From the IMG/VR virus record IMGVR_UViG_3300046660_000219, positions 1 through 64,000 of that record: a stretch of 64,000 nt of DNA. The stretch is one strand, 5' to 3'. The stretch's first letter is position 1. Every line of letters starts with the position of its first letter. The notes beneath the pieces were generated by a model that worked only from the letters and a program-made list of their open reading frames with translations, did not search any database and was not told where the DNA came from. The position numbers and the translations under genes are program-made. Positions 1 to 9,741 of this stretch are shown piece after piece.

Positions 1-1913
1 GATTGCGGCGTAACCACCAACAGATTGTCGTAACCGTTGTCTAAAACAGTAGGCAACAACTCTGCTAGTGCATGACGATTAGACGCCTGCGAACCGGCCT
101 CGATTTCGTCCAGCACCAGTGTACGCAAGCGCGCGTCAATAGGCAAGCAGAGCTGTGTAGAAACGGCCATCAGCAACATGAACACCCGGCTCTCATGCCC
201 AGAAAAGGTAGATACGTTTGCGGCCGCACCTTTGCGGTTGGCGATCAACGCACCAGCTTGCCAATCAAACTCCACAGGATAACTGTAGAAATTCTGAGAG
301 TGTTCGTTGAGCATAGCCACAAGGTGCGCTCCTACCATTTCTAGGTATGGATTACGGGCGTTCTTGCTCTCAAGCGCCTTGAGCATTTCGCGGATCAGTT
401 CAACGTCTTCGGTTTCCGGCAGTTGATCTAACTCGCTGCTGACCGTAGCGAAACGCTTGGCAGACGCCGAGAACTCAAGCTGTTGCTCGCGGTAGTCTGA
501 CAGAGATCGGATATAATGCGATAGCTTCTCGTGGCTAGCCGCCAACGTGTCGTACTGTTTTTCAGCATCGTCTGTAGCCATGACGAAGCCCTTCTCGCGT
601 AGCGCTAGCTCATCCTTGGCGTCGTCTATGCGATTGACGTCGGGGCGCGCGGTCTTCGGTCGTTTTACCTTTTTAAGATTAAAATCGCATGTACGGTTAT
701 GCTGTGCGGCGTCCTCTAACTCGTCAAGGTCGCGCACCAGGGCCATAAAACCCTCCGGGCTAACTTTGAGCGATGCTTGAATGCTGTCGATCCTATTGGC
801 CGCAGTTGCAAGCTCGGCCGACATAACCGCTGCTGCTATTTCACCCTCGACGCGTCGTAATTCTTTGGACATGGTACGCAGCATGATATCGCGATTTATT
901 TTACCATTACATGTCGGGCATTTGTCGTTATCATGAGCGCCTTTGAGATGAGAAACGCTAACACGCAAGTGACTAAGCCTATCTTGCAGAGCCGTAGCAT
1001 GACGGAGAGCACGAGCGCGGTTACGCGGCGGCACGTGCTTACCGTAAACAACTTCCCAGATGTATGGCAGTTGGTGCGCGTTGAGTCGTGTGTAGATTTC
1101 ACGTGCCAGCTCTAGGCGTTTAACGTCGAGAGGGCGCGGTTTAGGCGCGGCTTCGTATTCGTCGAAGTCTTGCCACGCCTGGAGATCCGCTTCCCCATCT
1201 TTTACTATTTGCTTAAGAGCAGCATCGCTTTCATGGGCGAGCGGCCGCACGGTATCCAGTTGTTCGCCGAGACGTTCCGCTCGCTCACGAATGGTAGCCT
1301 TGCGGCTCTGCAACGTCGCCAGCTTTTCATCAATCTTCGGGATAACTCGGAAGCTGGAAACAGATGGCTGCAACGCGTCGATTTCAGTTTGCAACCGCGA
1401 ACGAATTTCCGCTGTCAGACCCTCGCGATCGTAGATGGCGGACATGGCCTTGCGCAGTGTATCGAAAACAGTAAGACCAACAATGTCAGCGAGCAACTCG
1501 TTGCATTGGGTTGCATTACCAGACAAGATCGTGCCGGAGCGCAGCGCCGAGATGTAGTTAACAGTAGAGAAAGCCGAGTACGACAACGGCATACGCTTCT
1601 TCAGCCAAGCCTTAGCCGTACCTTTAAGGCGAATCTCCTGGGCTTGATTGTCTTCCATGCACCGCCATGACGTCTTACCTTTAACGGCTTGGACGAAACA
1701 CGAAGCTGGGACGCCGTTGTTCTCCCACGATACGCCCAATGTAGAGCCAGCGGTCAGCTTGCTTTGATCGAAGAACACGTCAGGAATAGTCGCGGCCAAC
1801 ATGGATTTTCCCGCTGCGTTGTTACCAGTGACAATGGTAACTCCGTCACGCAGCGGGAGAGTCATGCGGTAGCCGAGATGACCGACACGCGAAACGCTGG
1901 TCAGCTTCGTCAT
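1..1913 (-). CDS. Rad50/SbcC (gp46-like) SMC-family ATPase, 3' end beyond left window edge
   Basis: Absent from the ORF track; translated by hand from ATG 1913: Walker A GNNAAGKS, coiled coil with CPTC zinc hook, signature FSGHE, Walker B LVLDE; frame open to the edge. Confidence 0.9.
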   Translation of the reverse strand, partial: MTKLTSVSRVGHLGYRMTLPLRDGVTIVTGNNAAGKSMLAATIPDVFFDQSKLTAGSTLGVSWENNGVPASCFVQAVKGKTSWRCMEDNQAQEIRLKGTAKAWLKKRMPLSYSAFSTVNYISALRSGTILSGNATQCNELLADIVGLTVFDTLRKAMSAIYDREGLTAEIRSRLQTEIDALQPSVSSFRVIPKIDEKLATLQSRKATIRERAERLGEQLDTVRPLAHESDAALKQIVKDGEADLQAWQDFDEYEAAPKPRPLDVKRLELAREIYTRLNAHQLPYIWEVVYGKHVPPRNRARALRHATALQDRLSHLRVSVSHLKGAHDNDKCPTCNGKINRDIMLRTMSKELRRVEGEIAAAVMSAELATAANRIDSIQASLKVSPEGFMALVRDLDELEDAAQHNRTCDFNLKKVKRPKTARPDVNRIDDAKDELALREKGFVMATDDAEKQYDTLAASHEKLSHYIRSLSDYREQQLEFSASAKRFATVSSELDQLPETEDVELIREMLKALESKNARNPYLEMVGAHLVAMLNEHSQNFYSYPVEFDWQAGALIANRKGAAANVSTFSGHESRVFMLLMAVSTQLCLPIDARLRTLVLDEIEAGSQASNRHALAELLPTVLDNGYDNLLVVTPQ

Positions 1914-1921
1914 GATTACTA

Positions 1922-3091
1922 TTACTTTCGTCTGTTGACCGTGTCACCGGCTTGAGGCAACTCCGCCTTCAACAAGCCTTCGGCAATGCCTGGGGTGAGT
2001 GCGTAGCCAAGAAGCACGTCAAAAAGAATGATAGGTGGAACGTTGCCAGCAGAGGCGTGCGTCAGGGCCATGCCGACCGCGCGTTGCAAACGCACAACGT
2101 CGCTGACGTTGAAATCACCGCGCTTCATACCCTTAGCTAAGGAATTGAATTGCTCGCGAGTGTCACCGTCAACCCACATGGACAGGCCAAGCAATGCTCG
2201 AAGGTATTTACCCATGGCCATAAGAGTAGACGTGGTGATTTGCTCGTACTTAGCGTTGCCATTGGTGTGGCCGCCGACAAGCAACGCGCCTAGCAGATGC
2301 AGCGCCCCGCGCTCATCCGCAACGTCTTCAATTGTAGTGGAACCACCTAGCGCAGTCAATACCTGCCTAGGATTGGCCAAGCTATGCAAAGCATTGTCGG
2401 ATAGCGTTGGCTTACCATAACGCTTGGCGTATTTATCCGCGAACTTACGCAGTGCTTGTGCATCCCATGATGGTGCACGGATAATAGTAAATCGATCCTT
2501 GAACGTAGCCAGCAGCTTGTTAGGCATGTTGGTACAAGCAATGAACAGCGCGCCGCCCGGTTTGGGGCGTTCCAGCGGGGTTAGCAGCGCAGACACCGCC
2601 TCTTCCGTCAGCTTATGAACTTCGTCTAGTAGATAGACCTTGCGCTTGCCGGGATGCGCCACCAACGGCATGTCGCACATCTCAACGATCTTGCGGATGT
2701 CTGCTACCTTACCATCAGTACCGCAATTGACTTCGTTCAGAAGCTTGTCGGGGATGTTACCGTTTTCGTCCATGACAAGTTCATTGGCGATGGCTTGCGC
2801 CAAAGTTGTCTTACCATTACCAGTAGGGCCGATGATCAGGATACCGCGCGAGGTTTGCGCCATCTCCGTGTAACTGTCGATCTGCGCAGGCGTGATGTTG
2901 TCCAGAGCTGCCAGGGAGCCTGGACGTGCGTCAATGTTCAGTTGGGTACGTGGAACGCGTACAGCGCCCCTGTCAGGCGTCCTTACGGGCTTGGTGGTCG
3001 TTGATGGAGCCACACCCCGATTGGGGCGCTCGCTACCAGTACGTCGCGTGGCAACAACCTTCTTGATAGGCTTGATGGGTGCTTTAGCCAT
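1922..3091 (-). CDS. AAA+ clamp-loader subunit, DnaX (gamma/tau)/RFC-like
   Basis: GPTGNGKTT; KVYLLDEVHKLTEEAVSALLTPLERP matches the DnaX DEVH...LLKTLEEP pattern; basic N-terminal extension, no Zn finger. Confidence 0.85.
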   Translation of the reverse strand: MAKAPIKPIKKVVATRRTGSERPNRGVAPSTTTKPVRTPDRGAVRVPRTQLNIDARPGSLAALDNITPAQIDSYTEMAQTSRGILIIGPTGNGKTTLAQAIANELVMDENGNIPDKLLNEVNCGTDGKVADIRKIVEMCDMPLVAHPGKRKVYLLDEVHKLTEEAVSALLTPLERPKPGGALFIACTNMPNKLLATFKDRFTIIRAPSWDAQALRKFADKYAKRYGKPTLSDNALHSLANPRQVLTALGGSTTIEDVADERGALHLLGALLVGGHTNGNAKYEQITTSTLMAMGKYLRALLGLSMWVDGDTREQFNSLAKGMKRGDFNVSDVVRLQRAVGMALTHASAGNVPPIILFDVLLGYALTPGIAEGLLKAELPQAGDTVNRRK

Positions 3092-3115
3092 AAAATGGTA
3101 TCCTGGGCTTGGCGC

Positions 3116-3157
3116 AAAGAAAAAGCCCCGCGACCTGTTGAGGGGCCACGGGGCTTT
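3116..3157 (-). terminator. Intrinsic terminator
   Basis: AAAGCCCCG...CGGGGCTTT stem with adjacent A-run (U-tract on minus strand). Confidence 0.7.
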
Positions 3158-3195
3158 GGTCGTCGTTAAACTAACGACGTGGAACCAGAGGTGTA

Positions 3196-4302
3196 TTAGC
3201 CTTCGATCGCGTCGGCCGGGACCGTCAAGGCCGGGATTGCTTCATCGTCGGCACGCACGTTCCCCAGTGCATCGCCATTGGCTTGCATGATGGCCGTGAG
3301 CACCTTGTTGAAATCGGCGGCTTCCAAGTTCTGCACGAACGCTTGGGCGTGCGCCGCTTCTTCCTCCGAAAAGGTAGAAACGTCGCCGACCATCTTGACG
3401 GCTTCGCGCACGATCTGACGCGTGTTCTTGGTGATCAGCGCGTCCTTAACGAACGGCGCGAGACCGTCGTACCACAGGCTGTCGAGGGTCGCCGCCGACG
3501 TCGTGATCAGGCCGATCAAGTTGTCGGTAGTCAGCAGGTTGTCGAGAGCTTCGCCGGGCGTCAAATCAGCGCTACCGTTTTCGATGGCGGCGTCCGCGAA
3601 GTCGTCTTCACCGCGCGGCGCGAGAACTTCGTCGTCCTCTTCCTCGCCGAAGACAACCACATCGTCGTCTTCACCATACACCGGCACGTCTTCCGCCGCG
3701 AGTTGATCTTCGCCTTCTTCGTGCAATTCCGGCAGATCATCGTCGTCATCGTCGTCGAAGTTGACGGCCGACATGTCGAAGTTGTTAGTACCATTATTTT
3801 CGTCATCGACGATCGTATCGTCGTCTTCGTCGTCAGCGTCTTCTTCGCTGTCGTCGCTTTGACCTTCCGTCGCGACCATCGCGTCGTCGTAGCGACCTTC
3901 CTTCAGGGCTTGCGCCATGTCGGCGGCAGCGGTGTAGATGATGGCCAAGCCAGCTTCCACGGCTTCTTCGATTTGACCCATACCGGTGCTGTTACCATTT
4001 CCGCCAGCACGCAGCGCGGCGACTTCGGCTTGCAGCTCGGCGTTCTCGGATTGCAGAGCGTCCAGGGCGGCTTGATTGGCCAGACGCTCTTGATTGAGTT
4101 CGTCTTGCAGGCGCTCGATGTCCTTGCGCGCGTCCTCCAGCAAGGTCTGAGCAGTGCGCGCGTCGGTCTGGTATTGCTTACCCAGCTCCTTCAGCCGCGC
4201 ACGCGACTCCATGGCTTCTTCGTAGGTCTTCGGCTTGGGGTTACCCTTTTTGACCGGGATAGCTTGTCCCGGCTTCACGGGCGGGCGAAGGATGGCGTTC
4301 AT
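3196..4302 (-). CDS. Hypothetical coiled-coil protein with long acidic region
   Basis: 368 aa; heptad-like N-terminal half, D/E-rich middle; own promoter and terminator. Confidence 0.8.
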   Translation of the reverse strand: MNAILRPPVKPGQAIPVKKGNPKPKTYEEAMESRARLKELGKQYQTDARTAQTLLEDARKDIERLQDELNQERLANQAALDALQSENAELQAEVAALRAGGNGNSTGMGQIEEAVEAGLAIIYTAAADMAQALKEGRYDDAMVATEGQSDDSEEDADDEDDDTIVDDENNGTNNFDMSAVNFDDDDDDDLPELHEEGEDQLAAEDVPVYGEDDDVVVFGEEEDDEVLAPRGEDDFADAAIENGSADLTPGEALDNLLTTDNLIGLITTSAATLDSLWYDGLAPFVKDALITKNTRQIVREAVKMVGDVSTFSEEEAAHAQAFVQNLEAADFNKVLTAIMQANGDALGNVRADDEAIPALTVPADAIEG

Positions 4303-4355
4303 GTAGTGATGTCCCTTTGCAAAGGTCCGGCAAGGTCGCCGGGTTGTGACCCCTT

Positions 4356-4384
4356 ATCTTAGCAGGTTAACGGGCCTTGCGCAA
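4356..4384 (-). promoter_or_regulatory. sigma70-like promoter TTGCGC-N17-TAAGAT
   Basis: Exact 17-bp spacer, GC just before the -10, upstream of the 4302 start. Confidence 0.5.
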
Positions 4385-4423
4385 ATATCCCGCCCTGTAA
4401 GGGGTTTAGATCAATTAGACGAG

Positions 4424-5029
4424 CTATTCCGCGAGCGCTATCACGTCTACGACATGACCGAAGTAGAGGTAGGTAAGACATGCTTGTCGATTAACGCCCA
4501 CGTCCGAATAGATGTTGTATGGGTTACCATTAATCAATCGCAAGACATGCGTAATGACCATGTTATTAGACGGATCATTCCAGTCCACGTCGATAGCTCG
4601 ACCCTCTAGAATAGCGTCCAAGCTGGCGCGCGGTAAACGGTAACTTACCAGCGCATGTAAGCGTCGATGAAAGGTAGCGCGCCCGGCGTTCAACGTAAGC
4701 ACCAGTTCCGCGTCATCCATGCTATACTTTACGCGGTTCAGTTCAGGGTGCGTGAAATCGTTAACATCTAGTGTCGGACGCACAATCGACAAGACGCTAG
4801 GGGCGTGCATGCCACGTGCCGTGATTACACCCGGCGCTATGCATTCAACCTCATAAAGGTATTCAACCTTGTCCTGGGCGCACAACAGCGCGTGATCGCC
4901 GACAGGATCTATACCTTTACTGGACCAACGTAGCTGGTTAATAGAACGTGGCGATAGCGTACACGCATGTACTGAGTTGTGTATAACGCCTCCACTGTAC
5001 ATGCGCGATAGATGTTTTTTACTAGCCAT
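4424..5029 (-). CDS. Hypothetical protein
   Basis: Track ORF 4424..5101; start moved to MASKK at 5029, abutting the upstream stop. Confidence 0.7.
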   Translation of the reverse strand: MASKKHLSRMYSGGVIHNSVHACTLSPRSINQLRWSSKGIDPVGDHALLCAQDKVEYLYEVECIAPGVITARGMHAPSVLSIVRPTLDVNDFTHPELNRVKYSMDDAELVLTLNAGRATFHRRLHALVSYRLPRASLDAILEGRAIDVDWNDPSNNMVITHVLRLINGNPYNIYSDVGVNRQACLTYLYFGHVVDVIALAE

Positions 5030-5030
5030 C

Positions 5031-5465
5031 TTAAGTCTTCCTACGAGAGCGCGACACCGGTATACGTACGTAGTCGTTGGCGTCATGAGGCGCGTAAACA
5101 ACAGTACCGGGTGTCATAGATTTTGTGATTTTAGCGTTGGTCGCTGGTTGAGCGCATGTGACGAAAGACACGTCGCGCATACGCAGATTGATCCAACGTA
5201 AATCAGTAGCTTGCCCATTGATGTAGACGGGTTCACGATCGGGAAGCTTACCGGTATGCAACCACTGCGCCAACCTTCCGGCGCTAAGTGCAATGCGTTC
5301 CCCGTTGAGCATAATACTGACAAATACCACACCGTCTACGTTCCAAGCTTGCAGACCAATCTTACCTTTTATACAGGATTCGTGGCGCTCACTAGACGGG
5401 ATAGTACTGATCTCACCTGTATGAGGATCATATTTGAGGTACAGGTTCCAGGCGATTGAAGACAT
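5031..5465 (-). CDS. Degenerate HNH_3-type endonuclease homologue
   Basis: YDPHTG...GRLAQWLHTGKLP...VYINGQATDLRWINLR versus canonical HRLAW...DHINGxxxDNRxxNLR. Confidence 0.65.
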   Translation of the reverse strand: MSSIAWNLYLKYDPHTGEISTIPSSERHESCIKGKIGLQAWNVDGVVFVSIMLNGERIALSAGRLAQWLHTGKLPDREPVYINGQATDLRWINLRMRDVSFVTCAQPATNAKITKSMTPGTVVYAPHDANDYVRIPVSRSRRKT

Positions 5466-5572
5466 CGCAGGCTCTCACAATAAATAGTAAATCCAGCGTG
5501 AGCCTCTGCGCGCACGGGTGGTTCTCGTCTAGCAAATTAGCAAAACCGTGTTTTGGCTGGAATCATGGCACG

Positions 5573-5602
5573 AAAAAAGCCCCCAGGAAATTCCTGGGGG
5601 CT
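5573..5602 (-). terminator. Intrinsic terminator after H1-like gene
   Basis: AGCCCCCAGGAA-A-TTCCTGGGGGCT with A6 run. Confidence 0.85.
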
Positions 5603-5637
5603 CTCTTCATTCAGAAACGGTAGCCGAAGCTAACGTC

Positions 5638-6309
5638 TTACTTCATCGAACGCGCGCGCGACTTCGGCTTAGCGGCAGCCTTGGCCGGAGCCTTGGCGGC
5701 GGGCTTCGACGGCTTCGCGGCCTTCGGCGCAGGCTTGGCAGCGCGTTGCGGCTTAGCCGGCGGCGTCGGAGCCTTAGCGGGCTTCTTCGGCGCGGCCTTG
5801 GCCGGAGCCTTAGCAGCAGGCTTGCTAGCCTTTTGCGGCTTAGCCGGAGCGGCAGCAGCGGGCTTCTTCTTCAGCTTGCTCGGATCGGTCTTCGAACCGG
5901 GCGGACGGCCAAGACGCTTGATCTTACGACCGCCCTTGGTCATGCCGGTCTTAATGGCACGCTTAACGGCAAGACCAATCTTCTTATTCCAAGCAGGCGT
6001 GCGGACTTGCTTGTGCGTCTTAGCAGCCTTCTTGGCGGCGACCGAAGCAGCCATATCCTTCTTACGCAGCTTGCCGGTACCCTTATCGACGATCATACCT
6101 TTCGGCACGTTCTTGACAGGGGCCTTGTTTTGCAGGACCGGCTTAGCCTTCGGCTTACGCGCGGCGACCGGTTCGGCCTTGTGCACCGGAGCCTTCTTCA
6201 CCGGCTTACCGGGCTTGGTCGGCTTCGCCGTGGTCGCGGTCGGGGTCTTCTTGGCGGGCTTCTGCGGCTTAGCCGGAGCGGCCGCCTTCTTAACGGGCTT
6301 ACGGGCCAT
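5638..6309 (-). CDS. Histone H1-like K/A/P-rich basic protein with AT-hook-like motif
   Basis: PAKPQK/KPAAKAPAK repeats; KRLGRPPGSK. Confidence 0.8.
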   Translation of the reverse strand: MARKPVKKAAAPAKPQKPAKKTPTATTAKPTKPGKPVKKAPVHKAEPVAARKPKAKPVLQNKAPVKNVPKGMIVDKGTGKLRKKDMAASVAAKKAAKTHKQVRTPAWNKKIGLAVKRAIKTGMTKGGRKIKRLGRPPGSKTDPSKLKKKPAAAAPAKPQKASKPAAKAPAKAAPKKPAKAPTPPAKPQRAAKPAPKAAKPSKPAAKAPAKAAAKPKSRARSMK

Positions 6310-6430
6310 GATTGGCTCTCCTATTCGAGTTGAGGACTTCCACTTGGTATCAACTCAACCCTTCGGAGGTCGGCGTCAATCCGTTGTGGCTTCGGACTTA
6401 ACAGTATTTAATTAGTAAGGTACGGTTAAG

Positions 6431-6459
6431 GGTATAGGCCTTTAGCATTTCACTGTCAA
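6431..6459 (-). promoter_or_regulatory. sigma70-like promoter TTGACA-N17-TATACC
   Basis: Consensus -35, 17-bp spacer, -10 lacking the last T as is common in Alphaproteobacteria. Confidence 0.6.
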
Positions 6460-6462
6460 CAC

Positions 6463-7836
6463 CTATCTCGTGCCTTGTCTGGGCTCGATACCCATAAACA
6501 ATTTCTGCGCCACAATCTTCTCTGCATACATGGGGAACAGCGTAGCTTCAATCTCAGACGGTCCAACCAATTTGGTCTGCGTAGATACCGATGTGACCCG
6601 AAGATCCTTGTCTGAGATGGTATCCAGATCAGTCACCCTCCACACTAAAGCATATTTGGCTTCAGCAATGATAGAGTTGTTGTCGATGATCCCGACTTCA
6701 GCAGGCAGGGTAACAGTAAGTGGGTTGGCCTTGACTACCTGATCGAGGCCAGCTTGCGCCGTATAGTTACTCACCTGACCCTTCAGCATTATATGGCGCA
6801 CAGTAAGATCAACGTGCGTAAGCTTTTGCGGCTGGTTTGAGATGTTGGTTACTTTTACCACTAAATCATCGAGCGGTGACTGTGCGAAATCTTTGAGATT
6901 AGGTGAAGGTGTACCATTGCTACCGATGGAGAAAGCAAACTGTAAGCCAGCCGCCGCGTCACGGTTGTTGCGTGCCAGGGTCCAGGCAACCGTGAAATAG
7001 CTAGGCAGTGAAGTTCGCCACGCCGCATAACCGCCCGGCTGAATAGTCCACACCGGAACCTTGGCGTTATCTTCGTCAAGGACAGCACCCTCTGCTTCAT
7101 ACGCATACTCGACCGGCAAGATACGATGCGTACCACCCCACAAAGAGTAACCACCGATGAAGCCGGTGTTTAGGCACAGCGGACAGGCGGTATGTGTCAT
7201 ACCTAAAAGGTATGCATTGTCGAGGAGCATCTGCTCCGGGTTCCAAGACTGCTCACCTTCGAAATCGGCGATTAGTTGATCGGAAAACAGACCATCCGTA
7301 TTATCCCATTCGTGGTCTAACGGGTTCTGACCTGGGCCACCCGGCGTCACACGACCGTAACCGTGCAGCGCCTCCAACGGATCAATGGTAGGCTCAACAT
7401 CACTATCTTTAGTAGCTTCGAAATGGTGAGCCGGTTCAGCGTCAGAAACCAACGGCTTTTCCCATTCGGTGTGACGATGCGCAGGCGACACGTCAACGGC
7501 GTGTACCTTAATACTGCTATAACCGTCGTTGACGCTCGGCACGTGAGGCGAGTCATCTATACTGACCACATTGGGATCGGTGTTGGGCTCATCTTCTGGT
7601 GCACCACCTCGACAAGGACACGTCTCCCCAGCGTACAGGCGTTGCCACAGAAAAAGAGTAACACCATCGATGTTGGAGATGGCTTCCTTCTGACGCCTAG
7701 CGCTGGCGGCGGCTAGGGCCGCTAACGTGTCGTTAGCATTATCACCAATACCTGTGTTGGCAGGCACAATACCGGGAGCAAGACCAACACCAGTCGGGTG
7801 TAGACTAACGCCCCCTTGTCGGGGTCCAAAGCGCAT
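6463..7836 (-). CDS. Putative virion (head-closure-like) protein
   Basis: CPC...CPLCLNTGFIGGY Zn-ribbon pattern recalled from jumbo myovirus structural proteins. Confidence 0.45.
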   Translation of the reverse strand: MRFGPRQGGVSLHPTGVGLAPGIVPANTGIGDNANDTLAALAAASARRQKEAISNIDGVTLFLWQRLYAGETCPCRGGAPEDEPNTDPNVVSIDDSPHVPSVNDGYSSIKVHAVDVSPAHRHTEWEKPLVSDAEPAHHFEATKDSDVEPTIDPLEALHGYGRVTPGGPGQNPLDHEWDNTDGLFSDQLIADFEGEQSWNPEQMLLDNAYLLGMTHTACPLCLNTGFIGGYSLWGGTHRILPVEYAYEAEGAVLDEDNAKVPVWTIQPGGYAAWRTSLPSYFTVAWTLARNNRDAAAGLQFAFSIGSNGTPSPNLKDFAQSPLDDLVVKVTNISNQPQKLTHVDLTVRHIMLKGQVSNYTAQAGLDQVVKANPLTVTLPAEVGIIDNNSIIAEAKYALVWRVTDLDTISDKDLRVTSVSTQTKLVGPSEIEATLFPMYAEKIVAQKLFMGIEPRQGTR

Positions 7837-7979
7837 GCGGCTCGTCCTTGTAAAAGGTAGTCATCAAGGGGCTGTTGCGCTAATTTGCTGATAACCGGGT
7901 CATCACGCGCGCCTGCCTACTCACAAGTAAATTAGCCCACGTGTCGAGTATGGGTATTAGAGTAAGCAGCGTCATAAGA

Positions 7980-8654
7980 ATGGAAAATCTCATGGCTAGC
8001 ACTCCTACAGTTGTATGGGAGGAAACAGTTTTAGGCCTGGACATGGGGACCAGCAATTTTGGCTGGTGCGTCATTCGTGTCAGGCTTATGACTGACGGAC
8101 GTTATCGTTTTCGCGTACTTGGTGGTGGCTTGATGGCTATGCCGCTGTCCAATCTCACGCATCAAGCTAAGGTGGAAAAAGTAACTGTCAGTCGCAAGAC
8201 CGGTAAGGCTAAAAAGACCAACGCCGGTAAGAGTGAGCCTCCGCTAGATGTGGGTGTGCATTTGTTCCTCGATGAGGTCTCCTACATATTCTCTACCTAT
8301 TATATAACGCGCGTAGTGGCAGAAAGGTTCATGTCACGGGGTAGGGGTGGAGACAGCACGATTGAGGCGATTAGCCTCATGATTGGCCTGATCCTCGCAG
8401 AGTGTAAAAAGCTATCTCTGCATTATACCGTTTTAGCGGCCGCCACGTGGAAGCTGACTTGTGCGCGGGCTGCAAATGACAAGGAAATTCTGCCTAAATT
8501 ATACGCCTATGCTAAGCGGCAATATGGTAAAGAGCCTCACGCTTTCGACGCTGCACTGATGGCGCTGTATACCGTTGTACCGACTGAGGCTATGCGCGAC
8601 GTTCTTAAAACCCAGTTCATCGATCACGTCGCTTCGCGACAAATAGAGATTTAG
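7980..8654 (+). CDS. RuvC-like Holliday junction resolvase
   Basis: VLGLDMG, VVAERF, TWK, HAFDA acidic-motif pattern. Confidence 0.75.
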   Translation: MENLMASTPTVVWEETVLGLDMGTSNFGWCVIRVRLMTDGRYRFRVLGGGLMAMPLSNLTHQAKVEKVTVSRKTGKAKKTNAGKSEPPLDVGVHLFLDEVSYIFSTYYITRVVAERFMSRGRGGDSTIEAISLMIGLILAECKKLSLHYTVLAAATWKLTCARAANDKEILPKLYAYAKRQYGKEPHAFDAALMALYTVVPTEAMRDVLKTQFIDHVASRQIEI

Positions 8655-8658
8655 AAAA

Positions 8659-8919
8659 ATGGCTACCAACAAACTGCGTTACCTTTCTATGCAGATACCG
8701 GCCGATCGGTTCCCGCCCAACATGAACCTCACACTAATTCCCGCCAATAGTCTCATAGGAAAACTATTGGCGGCCATTGATGGCACGGTAACTAAGAAGA
8801 TCGATAGTAAAGGAAATACTAGTGTACGTATTTCCGGCGCTTTGAAATCAGCAGGCGTCATCCCTGATGAATTTAAGCGCCGTAACAAGCTGGCCAGTAT
8901 TCCTAAGTGGGGTGAGTAG
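8659..8919 (+). CDS. Hypothetical protein
   Basis: 86-aa ORF tightly packed between neighbours. Confidence 0.65.
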   Translation: MATNKLRYLSMQIPADRFPPNMNLTLIPANSLIGKLLAAIDGTVTKKIDSKGNTSVRISGALKSAGVIPDEFKRRNKLASIPKWGE

Positions 8920-8920
8920 A

Positions 8921-9682
8921 ATGTTGATGGCTGATAATAGTACGAAAATACGCGTAGTTTGGGACGCTCGCTACAACTCCTTTGTGATGACGATTGACGG
9001 CAAAGAGCCAGAGTTTATCAGCGAGGCTACTGTTTCTGCACTAGGGCTTACGCCCGAGCAAATTCGCGAAGCAGATTCTTCCCTAAACACGCGAGACCGT
9101 CTTGCGGAAATGGGTATACCCGTCCGACCGTTAAAGTGGGAAGAGATTGCGAAAATCACGGGTGTAAGTTTAGAAGAAATGGTGGCTGAACTTACGAGTC
9201 TAAGCACCAAAGAACTCCCAACAGCGGTGCGATCTACCCCGGAGACACCCTCTCGCGGTTGTTGGATCGGCCCTCCGGCGATCGACAAACTAGACCTCGC
9301 CTGTAACCTAATCAATCGTGCGTTTGGTGAGGTCTGCTACTTGGTCGGTTCAGCCACACGTACGCGCGACTACCGCGACGTGGATGTGCGAATGATGATA
9401 CCGGATGAAAAGGTAAATCTCCTATTCGGCCCGATCCGACCTTTGGAGCACTACGCGCTGTTCAATCTGATCAACCTGTCTGTTACTATTTATCTGCGTG
9501 AACAGACAGGTCTACCGATTGACTTCCAAGTTCAATCACGTGAGCAGGCCAACAAGACCTATTCAGGCGAAGTGAAACACTCACGCCACCCGCTAGGCCT
9601 GCACTCGAAACTGTCGCGCGAACAACTCCCCGCGTGGATGACAATCGACTGGCCGGAGGACGTGGATGAGGACGACGATTAA
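8921..9682 (+). CDS. Pol-beta-superfamily nucleotidyltransferase-domain protein
   Basis: YLVGSATRTRDYRDVDV (GS..DxD) and downstream PIDFQ. Confidence 0.7.
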   Translation: MLMADNSTKIRVVWDARYNSFVMTIDGKEPEFISEATVSALGLTPEQIREADSSLNTRDRLAEMGIPVRPLKWEEIAKITGVSLEEMVAELTSLSTKELPTAVRSTPETPSRGCWIGPPAIDKLDLACNLINRAFGEVCYLVGSATRTRDYRDVDVRMMIPDEKVNLLFGPIRPLEHYALFNLINLSVTIYLREQTGLPIDFQVQSREQANKTYSGEVKHSRHPLGLHSKLSREQLPAWMTIDWPEDVDEDDD

Positions 9683-9741
9683 GTTCGTTTTTGTTTACCG
9701 TTAAATACGCCTACTATTGGGAAATCAACGGGGACGGATCA

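Noticed and set aside
72-1955. Short track ORFs in the first 2 kb
   Set aside because: They overlap the Rad50-like frame, which has all expected motifs
3283-6415. Long + strand ORFs 3283..4362, 5548..6333, 5681..6415
   Set aside because: Antisense shadows of codon-biased minus-strand genes that have promoters, RBS and terminators
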